Shown one piece after another: positions 1 through 7,468 of a stretch of 51,082 bases of DNA. This DNA is from a virus. Lineage: Duplodnaviria > Caudoviricetes. A program made the position numbers and the translations under genes. Location: IMG/VR virus record IMGVR_UViG_3300036859_000729, positions 1 to 51,082 of that record; one strand, given 5' to 3'. How positions within the stretch are numbered: the first letter of the stretch is position 1; each line of letters starts with the position of its first letter. The notes beneath the pieces were generated by a model. It was given only the letters and a program-made list of their open reading frames with translations. It was not told where the DNA came from and made no database searches.

Positions 1-179
1 GGCGATCCAGCGAATGATGCCACCCCACGCGTTGAGGCCGAGGTTGAGGCGGGCATCGGTGGTGACAGCGCTCCGCTGCCCACCCGTCGCAGCGGCAACG
101 AAGGTTACGGGGGCGGCTGCCAGCGCCGCCGTCGAGGGGTGCATCGGGCCGTCGCTGTTCGGGGCGGCCAGGGCCGTCG
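1..179. repeat. Terminal direct repeat / assembly overlap, copy 1 (circular genome)
   Basis: 1-179 matches 50904-51082 except G111 vs C51014. Confidence 0.95.
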
Positions 180-387
180 GCGTCGTCGCAACGGTGGAGT
201 GGCGGGCGAATTGGAGGATCGTCGGCGCCGAGGTGTTGGCGAAGCCGCTTACCTGAATCTCCTTCACGTCGATCAGTTGGGTGGACGAGCCGCCCTTGAC
301 CGCCATGTAGGTTGCATTCGTCAGCGCCGTCGTGTCGGCCGTCGCCGTGGGCGTCCAGTTCACTGCTTGGAAGGACCGGTAAGCCAT
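1..387 (-). CDS. Putative virion protein, 5' part (169 aa gene spanning the circular join; continues 50903->50781)
   Basis: ATG at 387 with AAAGGAG SD; MAYRSFQAVNWTPTATADTT... reads in frame into the ...HIIYEPK* ORF at the other end. Confidence 0.8.
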   Translation of the reverse strand, partial: MAYRSFQAVNWTPTATADTTALTNATYMAVKGGSSTQLIDVKEIQVSGFANTSAPTILQFARHSTVATTPTALAAPNSDGPMHPSTAALAAAPVTFVAAATGGQRSAVTTDARLNLGLNAWGGIIRWIA

Positions 388-400
388 GGTTGGCTCCTTT

Positions 401-748
401 TCAGGTTGGGGTCAGGATCAGGGCGCTGGGATCACCGCTGACGGTGAAGCGCCCGCTTCTCACCTTGTCAGCAAGTTCGGAGAAAGAACGGTGGATGTAA
501 CCGGAGGCGAGGGTGGCAGCCTTGCACGCGTCGCAGATGTAATCGCCGCACTTCATGCAGGAGTAGCGCTCCCGCGAGCGCTCCGGGTTGAGAACGGAGA
601 CGCCGCCGCAGTGGCGACACTTCTTCGTCTTGAGTTCGAGGAACGCGCCCTCGCGGAGACCGCCGGCGGGGAGACCACCCCGCCAGGCGAGGGCCTCGGG
701 GATTCCCGGGCTCGCCCGGTGATCGATCATGAGGTAACCTTCAGACAT
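401..748 (-). CDS. Cys-rich Zn-finger hypothetical protein
   Basis: AAGGAG SD then MSEGYL; CxxC motifs CRHC, CMKC, CDAC. Confidence 0.7.
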   Translation of the reverse strand: MSEGYLMIDHRASPGIPEALAWRGGLPAGGLREGAFLELKTKKCRHCGGVSVLNPERSRERYSCMKCGDYICDACKAATLASGYIHRSFSELADKVRSGRFTVSGDPSALILTPT

Positions 749-761
749 GCGAGTCTCCTTC

Positions 762-1451
762 CTACAAACAAGCTTGACCGAGGAGGACGGGGGTGTCAGT
801 GTCCGCCTCCGAGCGATACCACGCGAAGGCCCAGGCGCCATCCGCGGCGGTCGGGAGGGTGAAGGTCTTCGCGGCGTTGTTCCCCGACGCGGCCTGGACT
901 TGGTCGTGGCGGGAGAGGCCGGAGGCGGAATCGTCTTCCCTCTCCGTCATCTGATTCGGGGTGATGGTTTGGGCTACGCCCTGCGTGATGTGGGCCATCA
1001 ACATGCAGTTGGCCTCATCCGTCGTGACGGTGTTTGCAGGGATGGTTATCGTCGTGCTAGAAGCGGCGTCATCGAACGCAACCGCACCGAAGAAGCCCGT
1101 TGCCTTCGGATTATCGTAAGTGGCGTTCGTGTAGTTCAGCCCGGCGTTCACTCCACCCGTCGTCGAGATCGTGACGGTTGCCGGCTCGGAGCCGTTGGAG
1201 ATCTTGTCGAACCAGAACAAAGCCGCATTCACCGCTCCGCCGACGATAGAGAAGGGGCCGAAGGAACCCCTTACGGTGTAGCCGGAGGGAGTGTCCAAGT
1301 CGGGCGGGGTGGCCGGCGCGATGGAGAACACCCCGGCACAGATCGTGATGAGGTCTCCATTGACGTTCGTTGGGAGGGTTGCAGCGATGCTGTTGTTGGC
1401 GAAGGAAGAATCCGCGCCAACGGTGGAATCGCGGTAGGCTAGGGTTGCCAT
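762..1451 (-). CDS. Putative virion-associated beta-sandwich / fibre protein
   Basis: A/T/S/G-rich beta-strand pattern; late cluster downstream of the major capsid gene. Confidence 0.6.
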   Translation of the reverse strand: MATLAYRDSTVGADSSFANNSIAATLPTNVNGDLITICAGVFSIAPATPPDLDTPSGYTVRGSFGPFSIVGGAVNAALFWFDKISNGSEPATVTISTTGGVNAGLNYTNATYDNPKATGFFGAVAFDDAASSTTITIPANTVTTDEANCMLMAHITQGVAQTITPNQMTEREDDSASGLSRHDQVQAASGNNAAKTFTLPTAADGAWAFAWYRSEADTDTPVLLGQACL

Positions 1452-1455
1452 AGAG

Positions 1456-2337
1456 TCAGGGCGTCCACAGGGTTGGGCGATTCGCATTCGCCCAGGAGGG
1501 GTTGTGCCCGGCGGAGGACTTGTCTGAAATGTCGGTAGGCGTGGGGCTGATGTTGGAGTACCAAATCGAGGCAGCTCCCGCCGCCGTCACCGTCGCGTTG
1601 TTGACCACCGAGGCCTCAGCGACGAGATCGTCTGGCCCCGCTGCGTCGAGGGCGGCGGAGAAGAGACGGAAGAACCGCATCATGTAACCGGGGCACTCGT
1701 CATTCCTCCCCGCGGAGGGCTGGTTTGCTCGCCAGTCAGAGGCGCCGAAGTAGAAGGCAGGGGTGGCGCCGGCCGCAGCGAGGTCGGCAGTGAGAATGGT
1801 CCGCTCGATGTAGTCTCCTGGCGTGTTGATGATGTCGGGGTAGACCCGGTGGATGAGGTTCGCACCGGAGATTCGAACCGTCCGCGCCGAGCGATAGATG
1901 GTTCCTCCACTCGGGTTCGCCTCGTCCACCAGGAACGCCGGCGTCATCGGCTCGGCAATTCCATCCTGTCCCCCGGGCACGCCGGCGAGTTCCATGTACC
2001 TGACCGCGCCAGTCCCGCCAGTTCCTCCCGTTGCATTCCCATTCCCGTCAAACGCCCCGTCACAAGGGAATGGGTGGCCGCCGAACTCGTAGGAATCGAA
2101 GTGGAATGTCCCGTCGTTGTGGGAGGACCACGTCTGGGCCCTGTACCCGTCTGCGCCGGGGAGGGAGTTCCACTCCCAAATCACTGTCTGGGCAGTACGG
2201 GAAAGGAGGTTCGCCCCGTCGAACACGATGCGGATGTCGCTCCCCGGCGCGCCATTCGACGGGAAGATGAGCCCCGTTTCGGGGAGAGCTATGATGGAGG
2301 TCCGAGCCGGTGAGGCGACGGTGAAACCGACTATCAT
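1456..2337 (-). CDS. Putative virion-associated protein, possibly lectin/LamG-like
   Basis: 293 aa; late cluster; aromatic/Gly-rich with ending DISDKSSAGHN. Confidence 0.55.
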   Translation of the reverse strand: MIVGFTVASPARTSIIALPETGLIFPSNGAPGSDIRIVFDGANLLSRTAQTVIWEWNSLPGADGYRAQTWSSHNDGTFHFDSYEFGGHPFPCDGAFDGNGNATGGTGGTGAVRYMELAGVPGGQDGIAEPMTPAFLVDEANPSGGTIYRSARTVRISGANLIHRVYPDIINTPGDYIERTILTADLAAAGATPAFYFGASDWRANQPSAGRNDECPGYMMRFFRLFSAALDAAGPDDLVAEASVVNNATVTAAGAASIWYSNISPTPTDISDKSSAGHNPSWANANRPTLWTP

Positions 2338-2669
2338 GGCATGAAGAAGTATTCAGCCGACCACGCCACGGTCATGCCGCCGGGACTCAGGGCGAGATTA
2401 AGGGGCTCGGTCAGCTCACCCTGCTGGTAGAACTTCCCGGCGCCAATGTTCCTGGCCCAGATTGCCCCCGGCACGAGGTTGATGGTGTAGATGGGCGCCT
2501 GGGCCCCGAAGCGAACCTGGACCAAGACTTCGTCGGAGTTCGTGCCCAGGGCGCCGAGGCAAAGGTAAAAGAGGCGGACCCTTTCCGCCACCGGGTCGAG
2601 CACAGCCGTGGTTGCGGCAATTGTGCCCGAGGCTCCGTTGATCAGGTGAGGGTCCTGGGGAGGCGGCAC
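2334..2669 (-). CDS. Hypothetical virion protein
   Basis: GTG start; ATGA overlap with the next gene. Confidence 0.6.
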   Translation of the reverse strand: MPPPQDPHLINGASGTIAATTAVLDPVAERVRLFYLCLGALGTNSDEVLVQVRFGAQAPIYTINLVPGAIWARNIGAGKFYQQGELTEPLNLALSPGGMTVAWSAEYFFMP

Positions 2670-2670
2670 G

Positions 2671-3078
2671 TCAGTACCCCGGGATCTTGATCAGGTCGAC
2701 TTCCATGTCGATGGCGTAGGTGCCGGCCGTCCACCCAGTTGTGCCGATCTGGATCTTCCCCGTCACGCCGGCCCCCGCGTTGTTGTGGAGGCCGCCGTCG
2801 CAACGGTAGTCCACCTTCCCGCGCCCGGAGAGGCCAGCAAAGGCGACGTCTGCTGTCGCATCCCAGTAGAGTTCGACGACCAGCCCGTCGGTGATGGAGT
2901 ATCGGATCTTGTCCACGCGGAACGTAGTGGGAGTTGCCTGGGACCCGGCGCAGTTGTAGTTTGCCGGATCGAACAGGTCCTGGACGGCGAGGTTGCTCGT
3001 GTCGAGGAGGGCCACCACGTGAGCGCGGATGTTCCGAACCCCCTCCTCGAGCGTTTGCACTGTGAGGGAGTTGGCCAT
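2671..3078 (-). CDS. Hypothetical virion protein
   Basis: 135 aa; tightly packed in the late operon. Confidence 0.7.
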   Translation of the reverse strand: MANSLTVQTLEEGVRNIRAHVVALLDTSNLAVQDLFDPANYNCAGSQATPTTFRVDKIRYSITDGLVVELYWDATADVAFAGLSGRGKVDYRCDGGLHNNAGAGVTGKIQIGTTGWTAGTYAIDMEVDLIKIPGY

Positions 3079-3079
3079 G

Positions 3080-3862
3080 TTAACGCTCCACTGCGCCGAA
3101 CCAGAAATCGACGGTCATCGTGCTTGAGGCGGCGGTGCCGCTCTGCACCGCGAGGCCCATGTTCATCGCGGCGGCGGGAAGGGTGATTGCGTTCGAGGCC
3201 ACGGCAGGGCCGCGGGCAGGAGGGCTTGAACCCACACCGGATTGGGGGAGCCAGCCGAAGAGCTGCGCGCCGATGAAGCCGTAGAGGTTCGCGTTGCGAT
3301 CGAGATACCACGCCAGGTCGATGTAGGTGGCGTTGGCGAGGGTGTAGGCGTTCGTGGGGACCGCCGTCGTCACCGCCGTGCCGCCACTCACGTTGACGAG
3401 GTTGATGTTGGTGAGGGAACCGGTTGCCTTGTCGAAGTAGAGGGCGTTGGTCTGGTTGCCGGTGAAGGGGGTTGTCCCGGTGGGGAACATGCCCACCCTG
3501 AACGCCGCGTTCGTCGCGCTGGAGAGCTTGAGGCGCGTGCCGAAGAACGCCTTCTTCCCCGCCTGGAGAAGCCACGGGGCCGCGGCGAGCTGGAGGGAGA
3601 CGAGATCCGAACCCGCCGGGGTGGAGCTGTTTGTCGTGAACAGCAACTCACCCATCGCGTTTGCGTTGGTGTTTGCTGTGATCGCCGCCGTACCGTTCCC
3701 CGTCGCCGTGGTGGTGTAGGTGGATTCCTTGACGAAGAAGTCATCGAACCAGGTGCCGTAACCACTCGGGTCCGGCAGGCCGTAGTTGGCGAAAGGTTGG
3801 TAGGGGAAGTCCGTCGAGACTCCGTTGGGGAATCTGGTCGGAGATTGGGATGGGGTTGCCAT
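3080..3862 (-). CDS. Putative capsid decoration/accessory protein
   Basis: AAGGA SD + ATG at 3862 (MATPSQSPTRFPNGVST); first gene after the major capsid gene. Confidence 0.65.
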   Translation of the reverse strand: MATPSQSPTRFPNGVSTDFPYQPFANYGLPDPSGYGTWFDDFFVKESTYTTTATGNGTAAITANTNANAMGELLFTTNSSTPAGSDLVSLQLAAAPWLLQAGKKAFFGTRLKLSSATNAAFRVGMFPTGTTPFTGNQTNALYFDKATGSLTNINLVNVSGGTAVTTAVPTNAYTLANATYIDLAWYLDRNANLYGFIGAQLFGWLPQSGVGSSPPARGPAVASNAITLPAAAMNMGLAVQSGTAASSTMTVDFWFGAVER

Positions 3863-3884
3863 GGAGAAGTCCTTTGCGGTTGGC

Positions 3885-3910
3885 AAAAACCGGGGAGCCG
3901 AAGCCCCCCG
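3885..3910 (-). terminator. Rho-independent terminator after the major capsid gene
   Basis: Minus strand: GC stem GGGGGC/GCTCCC closing a TTCG loop, then CGGTTTTT. Confidence 0.7.
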
Positions 3911-3930
3911 CGAAGGAGATCGAACCGGCT

Positions 3931-4851
3931 TTACGGTCCGTTCGAGCCGTAGACGCCACGGGGATCCGTGGCACCGACGGTGAAGCGCATGTAGGCCAGC
4001 GCCTTGGCGTTCTTCGTGTCGAAGTCGTTGTCTCGCTGCAGGCCCGCACGCTCGCGCCAGAAGAACCGCATGCCGTTGGGGCAGTTGGTCCGCACGAACC
4101 ACGCGTGAGGGGCGCTGAAGTAGTGGTTCACCTTCGCCCCGCCGGGGAACATGCTCAGGGAACGCAGTGCGTTCACGTCGTTGTTCGCCGTGCCGGATTG
4201 CTGGGCCGACTTCAGGATCCGCGTCGCGTTAAAGAGCTCCTGACGCGGGACGTGCAGGCTCACCGGCATCAGGGAGATGAGCAGGCCCGAATCCATCGTC
4301 GCGCCCATGATCTGGATGCACATGTCTTCGAGTGCCGCCTCCGAGAGGTCAGCCGCGGGCACGAGCGCGTTGGAGTACGTTCCCCCCGTGGCTTGGAGGT
4401 GGCTGGCCGAAACCAGAGCCGCGCCGTCTGCCGTGGTGAAGTAGGTCGTGACGAAGGCGTTGTTGTAGAGGAACGCACCCACCTGCTCCGCCGTCTGGCT
4501 CATCGAGTACGCGTTGGCGCGTGCGCGACGCTTCGAGACGATGTCGTACTGGTTGTCGTTCAGTTCCTCGTACGACACGATGTAACCCAGGGAGTAGGCG
4601 ATCGGAACGTAGCGAGTCACTCCACCTTGAACCTCCCCGGCGTAGGTGCCCGGGGAACCCTCCGGCTTGACGGGGGCGAGGCCGAAGCCGGTCACCTGAA
4701 CGTCTTCCTCATACGCACGGTCGGTGTCGTCCATGTCGTAGAGGTCGGTGTACTCGGTGGGGTATTGGGTGTAGGTTTGCCCCCACACCGCATTGACGCC
4801 CGGCCAGAGTAGTTTCGGGTGGGCGCCGGTAGTGATGATGCCGCCTGGCAT
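3931..4851 (-). CDS. Major capsid protein (HK97 fold, Mu gpT-like)
   Basis: 306 aa; strong AAAGGAG SD; follows scaffold; MCP-like segments FGLAPVKPEG, ADLSEAALE, RFTVGATDPRG; followed by a terminator. Confidence 0.85.
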   Translation of the reverse strand: MPGGIITTGAHPKLLWPGVNAVWGQTYTQYPTEYTDLYDMDDTDRAYEEDVQVTGFGLAPVKPEGSPGTYAGEVQGGVTRYVPIAYSLGYIVSYEELNDNQYDIVSKRRARANAYSMSQTAEQVGAFLYNNAFVTTYFTTADGAALVSASHLQATGGTYSNALVPAADLSEAALEDMCIQIMGATMDSGLLISLMPVSLHVPRQELFNATRILKSAQQSGTANNDVNALRSLSMFPGGAKVNHYFSAPHAWFVRTNCPNGMRFFWRERAGLQRDNDFDTKNAKALAYMRFTVGATDPRGVYGSNGP

Positions 4852-4877
4852 GGTGTTCTCCTTTCAGTTGAGGACGA

Positions 4878-5510
4878 TCACGGCGACGTGGTGCCGGTCG
4901 AAAACTCGTGGTTGTTGATCGAGACCCACCACTTTTGCAGCGCGGTGAAGGGCGTGTTGTCGATGCGAAGGGCCGCCGACAGGATCTTCAGGTTCAGCGT
5001 CGACGTGGTGTTCACCGTGTTGTTGTCGAGGAACGCGGGAGACACGACGATCGAGCTGTTCGGGCGGGTGCCGGTGGAGAAGTTGACGTTCCGGTTCACC
5101 GAGGTTGCGGTGAGGACCGCCCCGACGCCGCCTTCTTGGATCTCGAAGATGATGTTCGGGTCGTCGGCCACGGCCACCCAGTAGTTCTTCGTCTGCGCAC
5201 CCGTCGGCCGGACGATGGTGTTCAGGTTGTCGAAGTTGGCATAGGGGCCGCCGGGTTGGAGCTGGCCGGACTGGGAGATCCCGATCGCGACCACGACGCC
5301 TCGGACGGCGGCGCCGGCAGTGGCGAGCTTGACGGCGGGAACGCCGAAGGAATCGGCGTTGGCCGAAGCGACGGTGGTGACTGGGTCACCGACCCAGAGT
5401 TGCGCGGTCTCCGCGGCGAGGTACGAGTACAGGTTTGCCTGACCGTTCCACGGGGAGCCATCGCGGTACTTCACGGGCACTAGGCCCGCGATGGCGCTGA
5501 CGTTTGGCAT
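4878..5510 (-). CDS. Putative capsid cement/decoration protein
   Basis: Immediately upstream of the MCP gene; 210 aa with VADDP motif. Confidence 0.55.
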   Translation of the reverse strand: MPNVSAIAGLVPVKYRDGSPWNGQANLYSYLAAETAQLWVGDPVTTVASANADSFGVPAVKLATAGAAVRGVVVAIGISQSGQLQPGGPYANFDNLNTIVRPTGAQTKNYWVAVADDPNIIFEIQEGGVGAVLTATSVNRNVNFSTGTRPNSSIVVSPAFLDNNTVNTTSTLNLKILSAALRIDNTPFTALQKWWVSINNHEFSTGTTSP

Positions 5511-5519
5511 TTACGCCTC

Positions 5520-6044
5520 CTAACGTTTGGGTTGAAAAAGGTTCCGATTCCCAGCGTCCTTGGGCACGTAGCGATTCTTCGTGTCCACGTCACCGGAGAT
5601 ACCTTCGGTGAAGCCTTGGTCGCCGCGGAGTGTAGCTGCAACACGTTCGTTTCTTTGGGCCAGGGTCGCCTGATCCTGCTCCCACAACTCGAGAGGGAGC
5701 TTCATGAGGTAGAGGCGGCCGGCTTCCTTCCCGTCCTCCGAGAGGCCGGAAATTTGACTGATCCGACTCCCCAGGTCGGTGTTGCCGTTGGAATCTTCGC
5801 CGTTCGCGAGGCCCCAGGTGTTGAGATCGACCTCCCCTTGATTGACGAAGGAGTACCCGGCACGCATCGCCTGTGCAATACGGTCGGGGCGGCCTAGCAT
5901 CCAGTGGAGGTGATACCCGGGGATCTCGGGCACGGCGAGTTTCTGTTGCGGCACCGACATGGGGATACGGGTGCGCTCGGGCTTCGCCGTCGCCGGCGCG
6001 TTCGAGGGGTTGGCTTGGGCAAGGCGTTCTTGAATGGTGGTCAT
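5520..6044 (-). CDS. Hypothetical head-module protein
   Basis: ATGA overlap with the scaffold stop; starts MTTIQERL. Confidence 0.7.
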   Translation of the reverse strand: MTTIQERLAQANPSNAPATAKPERTRIPMSVPQQKLAVPEIPGYHLHWMLGRPDRIAQAMRAGYSFVNQGEVDLNTWGLANGEDSNGNTDLGSRISQISGLSEDGKEAGRLYLMKLPLELWEQDQATLAQRNERVAATLRGDQGFTEGISGDVDTKNRYVPKDAGNRNLFQPKR

Positions 6045-6883
6045 GCTGCTTCTCCGGCGAAGTACTGCTCGACGAAGTGGGCTTCCCATTCCGCCTTGGT
6101 TTTGAAGGCCCGGTTGGGGCCGACCATTTGTTTGGCTTCCTTGTCGATCTGGGCCCGGGCCTCGGCGGGGAGGTCGGCCACGCCGCGCTTCCCGTCCCTG
6201 TGTCCATCCCCCGCGCCACCGCGAGAGGGTTCGACTTTGCCCGGACCACGGGGGCGGGCCTTCATGTTGAAGGTTTCCTCAGCCGCCTCGGTGATCTTGT
6301 CGAAGAAGGCGCGGCCGGTCGAAGTGTCGCCGTCCTTGCGCAGCTTCTCCGCGATCGCCACTGCAGCGGCGGCCTTGACGGGGTCCTGAAGCCACGGGTT
6401 GTCCACGATCCAGGCTTGGTACGTCGGATCCTGAACGGGGTCGGCAGCTTTCTTCGTCGGCCCATCCTTCTTTGCCGGAGCAGGAGCCTCGGCCGCGTCG
6501 AGCGTCTTGTCGATCTGGCGGAGGTCGTCTTCCAGATCCACTGCCGCGTCGTGGTCGCCATCCTTGCGGGCCTTCTTCAGCTGCTCTAGGACGCGGACTC
6601 GCTCGGCCTTCACCTGCCGTTTCGTCTCTTCGATGGAGGAGGACTTGAGGGTCTCGACCGACTCGCGGAGTTCGTTCAAGCTGGTCTCGAGACCCTGGCG
6701 TTGGCGGCGCTCGCCTTCCAGCTCCTGTTGCAGCCGGCGGTTGTTTGCCTTGAGAAGCGGCATGACCGTCTCCCCGCGGCTCACGTACTCGGCGGCATCG
6801 ACCCACTTCTCAGGGTCGCCCTTGAATTGTTCCTTCGGCGCCCAGCCCATCGAGCGGGCGGTGGCTTCGACATCTTCACTCAT
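6041..6883 (-). CDS. Putative scaffolding protein
   Basis: Charged coiled-coil; ARSMGWAPKEQF...W N-terminus; lies between portal and MCP. Confidence 0.7.
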   Translation of the reverse strand: MSEDVEATARSMGWAPKEQFKGDPEKWVDAAEYVSRGETVMPLLKANNRRLQQELEGERRQRQGLETSLNELRESVETLKSSSIEETKRQVKAERVRVLEQLKKARKDGDHDAAVDLEDDLRQIDKTLDAAEAPAPAKKDGPTKKAADPVQDPTYQAWIVDNPWLQDPVKAAAAVAIAEKLRKDGDTSTGRAFFDKITEAAEETFNMKARPRGPGKVEPSRGGAGDGHRDGKRGVADLPAEARAQIDKEAKQMVGPNRAFKTKAEWEAHFVEQYFAGEAA

Positions 6884-7227
6884 TTCTGGTCTCCAGTTGT
6901 CTTGAACCCTTCGTCGTGGGTGATGCGGGCAAAGACGTCCGCGTCATTGACGATGCGATACCTTCGCCCGTCGGCAGGGCCGGTGAGGGCATAGCCGCTG
7001 AACTTCGCGATGAGGACGCGGTCGCCAGGGACGGCGCGGGGCGGCTCGTTCGGCCAAGCAACCGGGCCCACGGCGATCACCGTGGCGCGCTGCTCGACCA
7101 GAACCGTCCGATCCTTCACATTCTCGGGAATGATGATGCGGGAGGTTTTCACCTCCGGCTCATAGTATTCCACGAGGACCGCTCTTCCCAGGGGTTCCAC
7201 GCCCGAGTGGTTCTGCACTTCATTCAT
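6880..7227 (-). CDS. groES: GroES-like co-chaperonin
   Basis: EPLGRAVLV, KTSRIIIP (mobile loop), VIAVG, GDRVL..KFSG, YRIVNDADV match the Cpn10 pattern. Confidence 0.85.
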   Translation of the reverse strand: MNEVQNHSGVEPLGRAVLVEYYEPEVKTSRIIIPENVKDRTVLVEQRATVIAVGPVAWPNEPPRAVPGDRVLIAKFSGYALTGPADGRRYRIVNDADVFARITHDEGFKTTGDQK

Positions 7228-7468
7228 CCGATTCCTGCGCTTTCTGAATGTCTGTCCAGTTGATTTGAGCGATGTCCATGTAGGCAACGCACTTCCCAAT
7301 CGCCTGGGCGTTGAGTTGGGCGGTGCCGTCTGCGGACTCGCTCGTTTGCCCACCCGTCGCCCAACTCTCCATCAACCGCATCCGCTCGGTGGCGGCGTAG
7401 AGGCGGAGGAGCTTTGTGACGGGGTCTTCAAGCCAGAGCTTGAATTCTTCTTCAGTGACTTGTGCCAT
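7220..7468 (-). CDS. Hypothetical protein following portal
   Basis: 82 aa; overlaps the portal stop. Confidence 0.7.
   Translation of the reverse strand: MAQVTEEEFKLWLEDPVTKLLRLYAATERMRLMESWATGGQTSESADGTAQLNAQAIGKCVAYMDIAQINWTDIQKAQESDE

Noticed and set aside
3862-4102. Open -1 frame overlapping the MCP 3' end and running into the next gene (T7 10B-like frameshift extension)
   Set aside because: No slippery heptamer near the MCP stop, a terminator lies in between, the downstream gene has its own SD, and open alternate frames are common at this GC content.
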